Notes under the pieces: generated by a model
Told to the model about the DNA's origin: nothing
What the model saw: the letters and a program-made list of their open reading frames with translations, nothing else
Database searches by the model: none
In this document: piece by piece, positions 10,167 through 20,432 of the stretch
Position numbering within the stretch: position 1 is the stretch's first letter
How the letters are laid out: each line of letters opens with the position of its first letter
Program-made: the position numbers and the translations under genes
Source: Fibrobacterales bacterium
Lineage (GTDB): Bacteria; Fibrobacterota; Fibrobacteria; Fibrobacterales; JAOPTW01
Assembly (NCBI GenBank): GCA_051532055.1
Contig: JAOPTX010000034.1
Location: 1-64,000, forward strand
Reading direction: 5' to 3'
DNA length: 64,000 nucleotides

Positions 10167-10903
10167 TGAACAGAAAAATAATACGTGATATAGTTTACGG
10201 AGCTGGATTTTGGTCTATACTTATCGTCATTGGCTTCATTATTATAAACAGCATAATAATGCCTTATGTATCCGGGCAGTATAAAGAAACTGTTTTTGTT
10301 CCAGATGTCACCGGCCTTACTGCTGATGAAGCAGAGGCGCTCTTACATTCAAAGGGTCTCAAATTTTCTTGGCACAGTGAAGGGCAATACTCTGCAACAA
10401 TAGCCAAGGGTGCAGTAATGCTACAGACGCCTATTGCTGATAAAAAAGTTAAAGAAAACCGCACTATCTCACTCAAAGTCAGTAAAGGCCTTAGAGAAGT
10501 AATAATCCCAGAGCTCAGGGGTAAATCTCGAAGACAAGCTGAAATATCTCTTCACCAGCTGGGTCTAAAGGTTGGTGAAACTGTTCGAAGCTCACATTCA
10601 CTCATCCCTTGGGGAGTTATAATTAGAACTGAACCCTCCTCACGTTCGCTCATAACAATCGGTTCGCAAGTTAATCTTGTAGTATCAGCTGCACGAAAAT
10701 CGGGTACACGAGTATTACCAAACGTTATTGGCCTCTCATATCATAAGGCTCAACAAATTCTCGATTCTCTTGAGTTTACTGTCGGCGATACAACGATTAT
10801 CTCTGATACAACAAAACTACCCCATACTATTGTTAATCAACAGCCGCGCTCCGGAGAATACCTCAAAAAGAATACTCAAATACACTTAACCATTGCCCAA
10901 TAA
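10166..10903 (+). CDS. membrane-anchored protein with three PASTA domains and no kinase domain
   Basis: N-terminal TM, then VPDVTGLT, IPELRGKS and LPNVIGLS repeats with Q.P..G motifs. GTG start overlaps the crp stop. Confidence 0.88.
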   Translation: MNRKIIRDIVYGAGFWSILIVIGFIIINSIIMPYVSGQYKETVFVPDVTGLTADEAEALLHSKGLKFSWHSEGQYSATIAKGAVMLQTPIADKKVKENRTISLKVSKGLREVIIPELRGKSRRQAEISLHQLGLKVGETVRSSHSLIPWGVIIRTEPSSRSLITIGSQVNLVVSAARKSGTRVLPNVIGLSYHKAQQILDSLEFTVGDTTIISDTTKLPHTIVNQQPRSGEYLKKNTQIHLTIAQ

Positions 10904-12690
10904 TGAAACTATTCAATTATATTGCACTGTGCATAGCCTTAGCAACAGTAACTACTACTGCCGCCCCACAAGCCCTTACCGGCGATGAGAATACAATTGG
11001 GATATCCAGTTTAACTGGACGCCAAAATAGAGTCATTGCATCAAAATATTTTATTCGAGGCCTCCACTATAATAATATTGATAGACCCGATTTCGCGTCT
11101 CTCTTTTATGAAAAGGCATACCAATACGACACCTCTAGTACTTTTCTGATTTTAGAACTCGCTAAGCTCTATGCTCAACAGAGTCAATATCTCAAATCCT
11201 TAGAAACGTACACCAAAGCTTATGCAAATCTTAAAAACCCAACATCATCGCAAGAACAATTTTACGGATATCTCTATCAGTTCAACAACAAAACTGATTC
11301 AGCAAAAATTCATTACAGCCTCTCAATACAAAAAGACTCAAGCAATGTTGAAGCACTGTATCAATACTCAATTATTCTTGAGGAAACCAAAAGTTATGAT
11401 GAATTAAGAGCTATTTACTCACTCTTTATTCCACAAATACAATTCCCAGAAAACTATGTTGAACGACTCTCACTCCTCAACACTATTTACGGAGACTCAA
11501 CGGCAAATGTATCTCTATACACTGAAGCATGGGAACAAACAGGTACTGAGTCATTTGGATTTCAACTAGCAAACCTCCTTTCAAAGCAAGGGAACAACGA
11601 AAAGAGTATCGAAATATTAATAGACCTTATTGGGCTAAATCCAGAAAATAAAAACGCCCTTTACGAGACGAGTCGTATCTACATAGAAAATGGAGATTTT
11701 TCTAGTGCAGCCCCATATCTCTATAAACTCTATGCCCTCGACACTACTAACATAACCTACCTACAGAAGCTAGCACAATTAGAATATGAAATTAACGACC
11801 TTGACTCTTCACTTAAACATTTTAAAATAGTAACTGAAAAAGACCCTAAAAACGACCTTTCGTTCTACTATATGAGTTCAATATACGCAGTTTCAAAAGA
11901 CCTCGAAAATGCAATATCTAACATTGAGAAATCAATTTCCCTTAAGCCAAGTTCACTCCTCTACAAGAATCATCTAGCGACACTGTACTATACCGACAAA
12001 CAATGGAACGCTGGTTTTGTAATTATCGACACCCTTATAGCTCAAAACCCTGACAAGCTCAGACCTCTTGAATATAAAATTAGTGCACTGAAATACAAAA
12101 TTCTTTCACTCACAGAAGAGCCAAGAAATGATACCCTCATAGCCCCCTTAAAAGAAGAGATCATTTCATTACTCCTATCCATTCACAAAAGTGACCCTCT
12201 AAATACGGATTTACTTTTTGAAATTGCAGCAAGCTTTGAGCGAATTAAAAAGTTTGAACAGTGTGAGCAATACTTCAGCAAGCTTCTGGCCCTAGATTCT
12301 AACAACCATGCCGCAATGAACTACCTAGGCTACACTCTCATTGAACAAAATATAGATCTGCCGAGGGGTAATGCTCTTATCGATAAAGCACTCTCATTTG
12401 AACCGAAGAACATTGCGTATCTCGACTCTAAAATATGGTACTACTATCTTGAAGGGAACTATAAAAAAGCGCTCGAATACATCAACAGAGTCCCTAAAGG
12501 TTCTGTACACGATGAGATCATTTTTGAACATTTTGCTCAAGTCTACCACAAACTCTCTTTGATTGATAAAGAAAAAGAGTGTTGGATTGAGGTACTCTCT
12601 ATAGCTCCAGAAAGTAAAAATGCACATCACTTTTTTATTCAAAATAAAATTCCCCTACCAAAAAATACTGCCCCATTAAAAGACCAATAA
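10903..12690 (+). CDS. exported tetratricopeptide-repeat protein
   Basis: Signal peptide, many TPR-like helices, C-terminal AMNYLGY...AL..EP.N.AYLDS motif. Confidence 0.85.
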   Translation: MKLFNYIALCIALATVTTTAAPQALTGDENTIGISSLTGRQNRVIASKYFIRGLHYNNIDRPDFASLFYEKAYQYDTSSTFLILELAKLYAQQSQYLKSLETYTKAYANLKNPTSSQEQFYGYLYQFNNKTDSAKIHYSLSIQKDSSNVEALYQYSIILEETKSYDELRAIYSLFIPQIQFPENYVERLSLLNTIYGDSTANVSLYTEAWEQTGTESFGFQLANLLSKQGNNEKSIEILIDLIGLNPENKNALYETSRIYIENGDFSSAAPYLYKLYALDTTNITYLQKLAQLEYEINDLDSSLKHFKIVTEKDPKNDLSFYYMSSIYAVSKDLENAISNIEKSISLKPSSLLYKNHLATLYYTDKQWNAGFVIIDTLIAQNPDKLRPLEYKISALKYKILSLTEEPRNDTLIAPLKEEIISLLLSIHKSDPLNTDLLFEIAASFERIKKFEQCEQYFSKLLALDSNNHAAMNYLGYTLIEQNIDLPRGNALIDKALSFEPKNIAYLDSKIWYYYLEGNYKKALEYINRVPKGSVHDEIIFEHFAQVYHKLSLIDKEKECWIEVLSIAPESKNAHHFFIQNKIPLPKNTAPLKDQ

Positions 12691-12692
12691 TT

Positions 12693-13418
12693 ATGGTAAA
12701 AATATGGCATTACTTCCTATCACTAATATTACTCATGGTCATTAACGCCTGTGCTCCTTCACACCCAAAGATAGAACACTATCTTACAGGAATATCACAA
12801 GAAGTACCGCCGTTTATTAAAGCAAAGTTTTCACTAACAATAGTCTCACAAGGTGAAAATAATTCCATTGATGCTGTCGCATTACTCGTTCCAAATGAAC
12901 GCTATAGAATCGAGTTTTATGGCCCCCTGGGTATTCATGTCGGATCTTTTCTCTGGAAAAAAGATCAATGGCAGCTATACATCCCCGATGAAGAAAAGGT
13001 TATGATAGGCTCTGGCCCCATTATCGCAATCCCTAATATCCCGGCAATTGACGTACATATACTCATGGGACTCTTTTGGAATCAACTTCTCCCAGAGGGC
13101 TGGAATACAGCAGGTAGCGAAAGAAATGGTGATCATCAAATTCTCACTTGGTCAAATAACGGATACCAACATTCAGCAACCATTAATCAAAATAACGGAG
13201 AAGTAGTCAACACACAGGCAGAATACAATGGAGCAAGGGAATCAATACACTATACTGATTACACTCAGGTAGCATCATATATTATCCCAAAAACTACTCG
13301 ACATTCATTATCAAATGGGTCATCACTTACAATACATCTTTCAACTATTAATCTTTCTAAAAAAGAGAAAGAAAAGTATTGGACTCTCAAGTTACCAGAA
13401 AATGTAACAATCAATTAA
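12693..13418 (+). CDS. LolB/DUF4292-like lipoprotein
   Basis: Lipobox INAC, RIEFYGPLG motif, position directly after a TPR gene. Confidence 0.6.
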   Translation: MVKIWHYFLSLILLMVINACAPSHPKIEHYLTGISQEVPPFIKAKFSLTIVSQGENNSIDAVALLVPNERYRIEFYGPLGIHVGSFLWKKDQWQLYIPDEEKVMIGSGPIIAIPNIPAIDVHILMGLFWNQLLPEGWNTAGSERNGDHQILTWSNNGYQHSATINQNNGEVVNTQAEYNGARESIHYTDYTQVASYIIPKTTRHSLSNGSSLTIHLSTINLSKKEKEKYWTLKLPENVTIN

Positions 13419-13448
13419 ACTGCATCACACTATAATACATAGGCTTTT

Positions 13449-16400
13449 ATGCGCTTTTTAGTTTCTCTTTTTTTGTCACTCATATTATTTGAACCTCTAT
13501 TTGGTCTACCTCTCTTTAAGACAACCATTGAGAACCAACCAGACACCCTTGAAGTAATCGTATTGAAAGTTGCCTTCCAAGAAAGTGACTCAAAATATAT
13601 AACCGGTAACGGGTCGTTTAACTCCGATATAGTATTTGAAGGATATAATCTAGAGAAACCTGGTACAAGAGATACTGAAACTTATTGGCTTCAACAATTT
13701 TCTACAACAAATAAATGGTTACATTCTGTATCTAATAACCAACTCACTATTAAGGCTGATATTTACCCCAAGGATAGTTCTGCTTATGTGCTCCCTAGAC
13801 AGATGATTGGCTATGGAAGAACACAGAAAACTGATGACGAAAAGTCTGCTCAATTTGATTCTACTCGGGCGTTGCTCTATATGGAGTTCATAGCAGATGC
13901 AGTACAATCAGTGGCTCAATCAACAGAAAACCCCTTTCTAAAAGCCCCTCCTCTATCTAATGTCCATAGGGTATACCTACTTCTTCATGCCGGTTCATCT
14001 CGGTACTCAGACGGCGGATCTCTCGGTCTCAGCAATGCCGATAGCCCAGGAGATTTCATCGATTTTTTTATTGCGCGAGAAGACTTTGCATATCTTAAAG
14101 ATTCAAAAGACCACGGGAATAGTACCAATGGAATCACGGTAGCCTCACCAAGTATCGACACCATAACGTCTATTATGGTTGTAAGTGAGCACGCTTCTCA
14201 AGATAGTCTCAATTGGGGTATTCAAGGAATTCTTACCAATCAACTTCTGAGAAGTATGGGACTCCCCAACACCTATGATATTGTAGCAGGAGAATCACGC
14301 CTAGGATTTTTTGATGTAATGGATTTTGCGGGTCACAATGCAATCAATGGCTTTTTTCCGACCCTACCCTCTGCATGGCTTCGTTCATTTATGGATTGGA
14401 CCCCAACTCTTACCCCTAAAAAAACCGGTTCATCAGACACAATATGGGTAGCAGCACATAATCAATCCAACCTCTGTCCCACAAGTAATTGTGGAGAAAT
14501 TATTAAAATCCCCATAAATAGTGGTGAATATCTTCTCATTGAAAATAGACAACGATCGTGGACCTATGACAATCAACTCGTTATTCAAACTATCGTCAAT
14601 GGTCTCCCAACCCCCTACTCATTACCTTTTGACTCTTTAGCGAGTCACCTTAATACCGTTTTCAAAGGTACAATTGACTCAACTAACTCACTTGATATGG
14701 GACTGCCTGGCTCTGGTATTGTTATATGGCATATTAATGAATGGCTCATTGAAGAGACTCTTGCGCTAGGGTATGTTAATGCTACTAATGGCGACACTCT
14801 TGCAGATCACTACCCTGGTATTCAGCTCCTAGAATCTGATGGAAATGCAACCACAGGAAGAGCCGTCTCAGGTTCAGGATTTGGAAGCCCGAGTGACCTC
14901 TATCCTCACATAAATGCTAAAGGCGACACGATCACTACCCTTTCTAATTCAGGCTTTACTAGCACACAATCAATCAATGGGGGGCACTCTAATATTACAC
15001 TGACTATCAATGTACCCAGTACACATGTTCAAGAAAAAAACCTCATCCCTCGTAGTCCAACTGAAACCGATACCATTATTAATTTTGAATCGCCTATAAT
15101 TTCCCTCACTATAGAATGGAATCCACATAAGGCAGTTGATAGTCAATGGCCTCGCAATACAAGAGGCAATGCATTTCCAGCAGCAATCACTTTTTTAAAC
15201 CACCCCTACAATGACTCTTTAGCACTTGTTCGTGCCACATCTAATGCACTTTTTCAACTATTTTCATTACCAGGCGACACCATTACATCATTTGTTACAC
15301 AAGGCATTAATCCTACCGAAAATAAAATCAGACGGCAAATTCCCCTTGCAGATTCAGTCATTAACGAAATAATTTTCTCTTTCAATGATGGCTCAACACA
15401 GTCCACTTCACCTATCAAACATGTCGTTTCTCAAAAATCAACTATCTATACTCAAGCAGCTGATGGTCAAACAAAAGCCTTCCACTTTTCTTCCGACTCC
15501 ACTCTACAGTTAGATAGCCTCACAATACCAGAGTCTAGTGGACTGATGAGTATAGACTCACTCCTCTTTTCACTCACCTTAAGCGGTATTGTTTCCTTAA
15601 ACCAATCGTTAGATACGGTAGCGCATTACCGATTCCCGGTTCTTGACAACGCATTCGTCCCCCAATCTTTTGCACAGGGAGCCACTCAATCATCAAATAA
15701 CTTACCAACTATTGTAGTGGTTGGTTCCCAGGGTGTAGTTCTACTCTTTAATCCACTAGACAAATTATTTATTCAAATCAATACCCCTCTTTCCTCTCAG
15801 CCTGATAGTTATTCAATAGCAGTGAGTGACTTTAATAGGGATGGTATTGATGATTGTTTTATCTTAGGCTCACGAGGAGATGCTACCATAATCCCCCTTA
15901 ATAGCTCCTCTACTGAACCTCGCCCCCTCAAATTCGAACGCAGTGATAGCAGTAGTGTTGCACTTGGAGATTTAAATAACGACGGTTACATCGACATTAT
16001 TTTTACAGGACATAACGCTCTCTATGCTATTGATTATAATGGTGCGCCCTTAGACGGATTTCCTTTTTATTTTTCTAAAACATACACTCAAAATTTTCTC
16101 GGCTATTCTCAGTATCTCCCCGGTACTATTCAGTCAACACCAATTATTGTGGATATTACAGGAGATTCGATTCCAGAGATACTATCTGCAACACCTGAAG
16201 GATTACTCTATGCAGTTGCCCACAATGGGATACTTCTCACAGAGACGACAACACTTCCTGGAACTCCAACTACTCTATGGCCTCAAACCATAGCGCCCGT
16301 AAGTTATGCTGATTCTCTACGTTCTCCGTATGGAACTCTTGCTGCAACTCGATCAAACACATCAGGCCTTGAGCTCTATATTGCTTATGCCCATTCTACA

Positions 16401-16814
16401 ACTGAATTAGAGTTCCCTCTTTCGGTACCCTCTCATAATCAATGGTTAGAAGTTGGGGCTCAATCACAACGAACTCATTATTTTAATGCATCATTACTCA
16501 AAAATCCCAACAGTACCATTGGCATCCTCTCTATAGATTCATTTTATATCTATCCAAGCCCCATAACTCAGAATGAGGCATTTGTACATCTATCACTAGG
16601 AGATAATGCAACACATGCAGAAGTTATATTGTATGATGTGGCAGGATTTGTAGCGTATCGAACTACATTTGAACAATTAGTATTAGGCAAAAATCCTCGG
16701 TTACCACTTAATCTTAATCGATTAGGCAATGGGATATATGCAGCATCAATAACCGTAACCTTTGTAAATGGATCTCAAGTAACGTCTTGGGACAGAGTTG
16801 GAGTAGCGCAGTAA
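13449..16814 (+). CDS. secreted M6 (immune inhibitor A)-like protein with degenerate Zn motif, FG-GAP repeats and T9SS-type C-terminal domain
   Basis: HAG motif; GILTNQLLRSMGLPNTYD where HExxHxxGLPD is expected; EYLLIENRQ; GIVIWHI; DFNRDGIDD, DLNNDGYID and DITGDSIPE repeats; IYPSP...LYDVAG...GIY C-terminal domain. Confidence 0.7.
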   Translation: MRFLVSLFLSLILFEPLFGLPLFKTTIENQPDTLEVIVLKVAFQESDSKYITGNGSFNSDIVFEGYNLEKPGTRDTETYWLQQFSTTNKWLHSVSNNQLTIKADIYPKDSSAYVLPRQMIGYGRTQKTDDEKSAQFDSTRALLYMEFIADAVQSVAQSTENPFLKAPPLSNVHRVYLLLHAGSSRYSDGGSLGLSNADSPGDFIDFFIAREDFAYLKDSKDHGNSTNGITVASPSIDTITSIMVVSEHASQDSLNWGIQGILTNQLLRSMGLPNTYDIVAGESRLGFFDVMDFAGHNAINGFFPTLPSAWLRSFMDWTPTLTPKKTGSSDTIWVAAHNQSNLCPTSNCGEIIKIPINSGEYLLIENRQRSWTYDNQLVIQTIVNGLPTPYSLPFDSLASHLNTVFKGTIDSTNSLDMGLPGSGIVIWHINEWLIEETLALGYVNATNGDTLADHYPGIQLLESDGNATTGRAVSGSGFGSPSDLYPHINAKGDTITTLSNSGFTSTQSINGGHSNITLTINVPSTHVQEKNLIPRSPTETDTIINFESPIISLTIEWNPHKAVDSQWPRNTRGNAFPAAITFLNHPYNDSLALVRATSNALFQLFSLPGDTITSFVTQGINPTENKIRRQIPLADSVINEIIFSFNDGSTQSTSPIKHVVSQKSTIYTQAADGQTKAFHFSSDSTLQLDSLTIPESSGLMSIDSLLFSLTLSGIVSLNQSLDTVAHYRFPVLDNAFVPQSFAQGATQSSNNLPTIVVVGSQGVVLLFNPLDKLFIQINTPLSSQPDSYSIAVSDFNRDGIDDCFILGSRGDATIIPLNSSSTEPRPLKFERSDSSSVALGDLNNDGYIDIIFTGHNALYAIDYNGAPLDGFPFYFSKTYTQNFLGYSQYLPGTIQSTPIIVDITGDSIPEILSATPEGLLYAVAHNGILLTETTTLPGTPTTLWPQTIAPVSYADSLRSPYGTLAATRSNTSGLELYIAYAHSTTELEFPLSVPSHNQWLEVGAQSQRTHYFNASLLKNPNSTIGILSIDSFYIYPSPITQNEAFVHLSLGDNATHAEVILYDVAGFVAYRTTFEQLVLGKNPRLPLNLNRLGNGIYAASITVTFVNGSQVTSWDRVGVAQ

Positions 16815-18670
16815 TGGCAGAAGTAATAGTTAATGTACAGGGTCTTTGTAAAGCATGGGGTGAAAAAGTTCTCTTTGAAACCATGGATGTCAGTATTTTA
16901 AAAGGACAGAAAACAGCCTTTCTCGGCATTAACGGGTGTGGAAAATCAACACTGATGAGAATTATCGCGGGCCTCGAAGACGACTATGTAGGTGAAGTAG
17001 TCATGCGTAATAATTTACGTGTCCACTATCTTCACCAAGATGCAGACCTTGCACAAGGCAACTCTATCATTGCCTATATCTGTAGCAGTAAAGGCGAGGA
17101 TGGTGATGCTGTTCTTCAATACCACGATGCGATTCAGAGTGGCGAAGGAATAGTTGAAGCAGAAGAAGAAATGAATAAATATCATGGCAGAGAACTCTAT
17201 TCTGAAATAAAGTCTCTTGCAGGTAGGTTAGATATAGACCTCGATGCAACCTTTAATGGGTCACACTCTGGTGGACAATTAAAAAAAATACAGCTTGTAC
17301 AAGCCCTTACTCATAAGCCCGACTTACTTCTTCTTGATGAACCAACGAATCATCTTGATGACGCTACCATTATTTGGCTTGAAAGCTATCTGAAAAATTT
17401 TAGTGGCACCCTCATGATGGTAACCCATGATCGATACTTTCTCAATCGTGTCGTAAATCATACTATTGAACTGTGGCGAGGGAGTGCATATGGCTATACT
17501 GGAAACTACGACTACTTTTTAGAAAAAAAATCTGAACTTGAGGCACAGCTCGCCCGTGAAGATCAAAAACGTCAGTCCTTTTTAAAAAAGGAAATCGACT
17601 GGATTCGACGTGGCCCTAAAGCCCGTGGAACTAAGGCGAAGTATCGTATCGATAAATTTAACGAGGCAGCATCAAAAGATCGTTTCCAAACCGATTCTGG
17701 TATGGCACTTAATCTTGACTCAACTGAACGCCTCGGCAAAACTATTTTAAAACTTCACAATATCAGTAAATCATTTGGCGATCATACACTCTTCTCCAAC
17801 TTTTCTATGGAACTTATTAAAGGCGACCGTATCGGTATTATTGGCCCCAATGGTTGTGGTAAAACTACACTACTCAAAATAATATTAGAAAAACTCGAAA
17901 GCGATAGCGGTAAAGTAATTCACGGTGTTAACACCAAGATCGCCTACTTTGACCAAAAAAGGGACACTCTTGATCCTGAACAAACCGTTTGGAAACATAT
18001 TGGTGGGGATAGCGACCATGTCTATTGGGGTGATCAAAAAATCCATAAAAGAAGTTTTTTAGAAAAAATGCTTTTTAGCTCTGAACTGCAAAACACCAAA
18101 ATTGAGCGGCTCAGTGGTGGAGAAAAAAACAGACTCCAATTAGCTGAAGTAATGCTCACACCATCAAATGTATTGATTCTTGATGAACCTACAAATGACC
18201 TTGATATTTATAGTCTCCAAGTATTAGAAGAGACCCTTAGAGATTACCCTGGGTGTGTTATTATCGTTTCCCATGATAGATATTTTTTAGACAAGATTTG
18301 TACCTCAAGTGTTCTTTTTAATGCTGGTTCTGTATACTCTATGCCAGGAAGCCACAATTATTGCATGGAATGGTTAAAAGAGCAACAGAAAATTGCAGCA
18401 CCTATTAAAAACAGTTCACCTATAGCCAAATCAAAAAAAGAGTCACTCTCTTATACAGAAAAGAAAGACCTTGAAACCATTGAAGAGACTATTTTAGAAC
18501 GAGAAGAAGGTCTCGCCAATGCAGAAGCAAAACTCGCTGATGCTTCTGCAACCAATAACATCGACAGTATTCAAGAGTTTCATACATTAAGTGATACCCT
18601 CCGCGACGAAGTTACAGCACTCTATGAACGCTGGGACTATCTAGAGGAAAAAAAGAGTCGTATTGGTTAA
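16814..18670 (+). CDS. uup: ABC-F family ATPase (Uup-like)
   Basis: Two NBDs (GINGCGKST, GPNGCGKTT; LDEPTN twice), no TM segments, PKARGTKAK linker, C-terminal coiled coil ending LYERW. Start at ATG 16814 (TAATG overlap). Confidence 0.88.
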   Translation: MAEVIVNVQGLCKAWGEKVLFETMDVSILKGQKTAFLGINGCGKSTLMRIIAGLEDDYVGEVVMRNNLRVHYLHQDADLAQGNSIIAYICSSKGEDGDAVLQYHDAIQSGEGIVEAEEEMNKYHGRELYSEIKSLAGRLDIDLDATFNGSHSGGQLKKIQLVQALTHKPDLLLLDEPTNHLDDATIIWLESYLKNFSGTLMMVTHDRYFLNRVVNHTIELWRGSAYGYTGNYDYFLEKKSELEAQLAREDQKRQSFLKKEIDWIRRGPKARGTKAKYRIDKFNEAASKDRFQTDSGMALNLDSTERLGKTILKLHNISKSFGDHTLFSNFSMELIKGDRIGIIGPNGCGKTTLLKIILEKLESDSGKVIHGVNTKIAYFDQKRDTLDPEQTVWKHIGGDSDHVYWGDQKIHKRSFLEKMLFSSELQNTKIERLSGGEKNRLQLAEVMLTPSNVLILDEPTNDLDIYSLQVLEETLRDYPGCVIIVSHDRYFLDKICTSSVLFNAGSVYSMPGSHNYCMEWLKEQQKIAAPIKNSSPIAKSKKESLSYTEKKDLETIEETILEREEGLANAEAKLADASATNNIDSIQEFHTLSDTLRDEVTALYERWDYLEEKKSRIG

Positions 18671-18750
18671 AATTATGTACTCCCCTAATTTTGGGTGTCT
18701 TGCAATTTTTAATATTGTATACTTAGACAAACCCATCATCAGTAGTAATT

Positions 18751-19773
18751 ATGCTTTTTAGACGAACACAGACCAGCAATATGTATTTGGGTATTATCGC
18801 ATTATTTTTGGTATTTGCATTTTTGAAAATAGCACAAACCATCACCCTTCCTCTTGTGCTCTCTATATTACTTGCCTTTTTACTCCGTCCCGTTATTCAG
18901 TTTTTACGAGTACGTAAAGTACCACCAGCTTTAGCATCTATAATTTCTTTAAGTCTCGTATTTTTAATCTTAGTCATTTGTAGCTCAATGCTTATAGTAC
19001 CCATTAATGACTTTGTTTCAAAAATCCCCTTCTATAGTGACCGCCTCCAAGCAATTTTGGGCCAATTTTCCGAAACACTTTCTTCTTTTGGCATAGCAAC
19101 AGATATGAGTGGAATTCTTAGTCAAATTGATCACAAAGCAGTGGCATCTCTATTTGGTCAAGGAATGGCATCTATCATGGTCTTTTTTAAATATGGTCTT
19201 CTCGTTTTTTTCCTCACACTCTTCTTACTCATCGAGTCCGAAAGGTTGAGTCAAAAAGCAATCACCATATTTGGAAGTGCAAGTAAAATCCCCGAATCAA
19301 TCATCAACATCAGCAGTCAGATTCAACAATACCTCTTTTACAAAACATTGATCAGCCTTGCTACTGGTTTTTTAGTGTACATATTACTTTCTGCAATAGG
19401 GATACATTTTGCAATTGTCTGGGCCCTTGCTACCTTTTTACTCAATTTCATTCCATCAGTTGGATCTATTATAGCTGGAGTACCACCAATTCTTTTGGCA
19501 CTCGTTCAATTTGAAAGCCCTCTTAAATGGGCTCTCATAACAATGCTTGGCATTCTTACGATTCAGCTTGCAATAGGAAGCTACCTCGATCCCCGTATCA
19601 TGGGTGAGTCCCTCAACATTTCTGCTTTTGTGGTGTTTTTCTCAATGGTCTTCTGGGGCTGGATATGGGGACCTGTCGGAATGCTCATTGGCGTCCCCCT
19701 TACTGTCTGTGCAAAAGTGATTCTAATGCACAACCAAAGTACCCGAAAAATTGCTCTTCTTTTAGAAGGCTGA
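18751..19773 (+). CDS. AI-2E (TqsA/PerM) family transporter
   Basis: Multi-TM protein with LLNFIPSVGS, P.IMG.SL and FWGWIWGPVGMLIGVPLT. Confidence 0.9.
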   Translation: MLFRRTQTSNMYLGIIALFLVFAFLKIAQTITLPLVLSILLAFLLRPVIQFLRVRKVPPALASIISLSLVFLILVICSSMLIVPINDFVSKIPFYSDRLQAILGQFSETLSSFGIATDMSGILSQIDHKAVASLFGQGMASIMVFFKYGLLVFFLTLFLLIESERLSQKAITIFGSASKIPESIINISSQIQQYLFYKTLISLATGFLVYILLSAIGIHFAIVWALATFLLNFIPSVGSIIAGVPPILLALVQFESPLKWALITMLGILTIQLAIGSYLDPRIMGESLNISAFVVFFSMVFWGWIWGPVGMLIGVPLTVCAKVILMHNQSTRKIALLLEG

Positions 19774-19809
19774 CCTTATCAAATACCCACCAATACTCAT
19801 ACACACAAT

Positions 19810-19831
19810 AGCTACTAAAAAGTCAGTAGCT
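19810..19831. terminator. weak hairpin between convergent AI-2E and cheX
   Basis: AGCTACT-N8-AGTAGCT inverted repeat. Confidence 0.3.
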
Positions 19832-19866
19832 TAAATTAGATATTTTATTAATGAGACCTGAAACTT

Positions 19867-20337
19867 TTAGTCTTTAGATTTAAGACTCACCCCGACATCA
19901 AACGTTCCTAAATCACTTTCAAAAGGCACGATAAAAGAGAATACATCCCTAGGCTCTTTCAAGGTAAGATCATCTCCTTTGATAATAGTAGGTAATGAAA
20001 TACTAATATCAAAATCTCTCAGAAATTTTTTCGCATAGCCCGCCACAATATTTGCCAGCTCACCAATTGCATCCATAGCATCATCATCTAGGGTATCAAC
20101 CTTTTCGCCTAAAAATGCTGATATGGATTTTAATGCGGTATCTTTAGGAAAACTCATGGATACTGAGCCGAGCACATCTCCCGTTAAACCAATGATACCT
20201 GAAATGTCATATTTAATACCACTTCCCTGATTTAATACAGGTTTACCTGGTCTTGGTTCAACACCCAACATTGTCTTATAGGTCTCAACCGTCGCCTTTA
20301 AAAATGGATTAACATGCTCAATACTTATCTTTGCCAT
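19867..20337 (-). CDS. cheX: chemotaxis phosphatase CheX
   Basis: VNPF, DISGIIGLTG, DAIGELANIVAG (E-x-x-N active site), ISLPTII. AGGAG SD upstream. Confidence 0.92.
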   Translation of the reverse strand: MAKISIEHVNPFLKATVETYKTMLGVEPRPGKPVLNQGSGIKYDISGIIGLTGDVLGSVSMSFPKDTALKSISAFLGEKVDTLDDDAMDAIGELANIVAGYAKKFLRDFDISISLPTIIKGDDLTLKEPRDVFSFIVPFESDLGTFDVGVSLKSKD

Positions 20338-20432
20338 AGAGTACTCCTAAAAAGTTCTCGTATTTTGGACTGATTAATATTATAATGAAAATAAATTGGG
20401 ATAACCACCCTTTTCGAAGGTGACGACAGATT

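Noticed and set aside
18751..19773. AI-2E transporter as part of the quorum-sensing system
   Set aside because: The family name does not imply AI-2 transport. The family is ubiquitous, and the gene is 20 kb from the cyclase.
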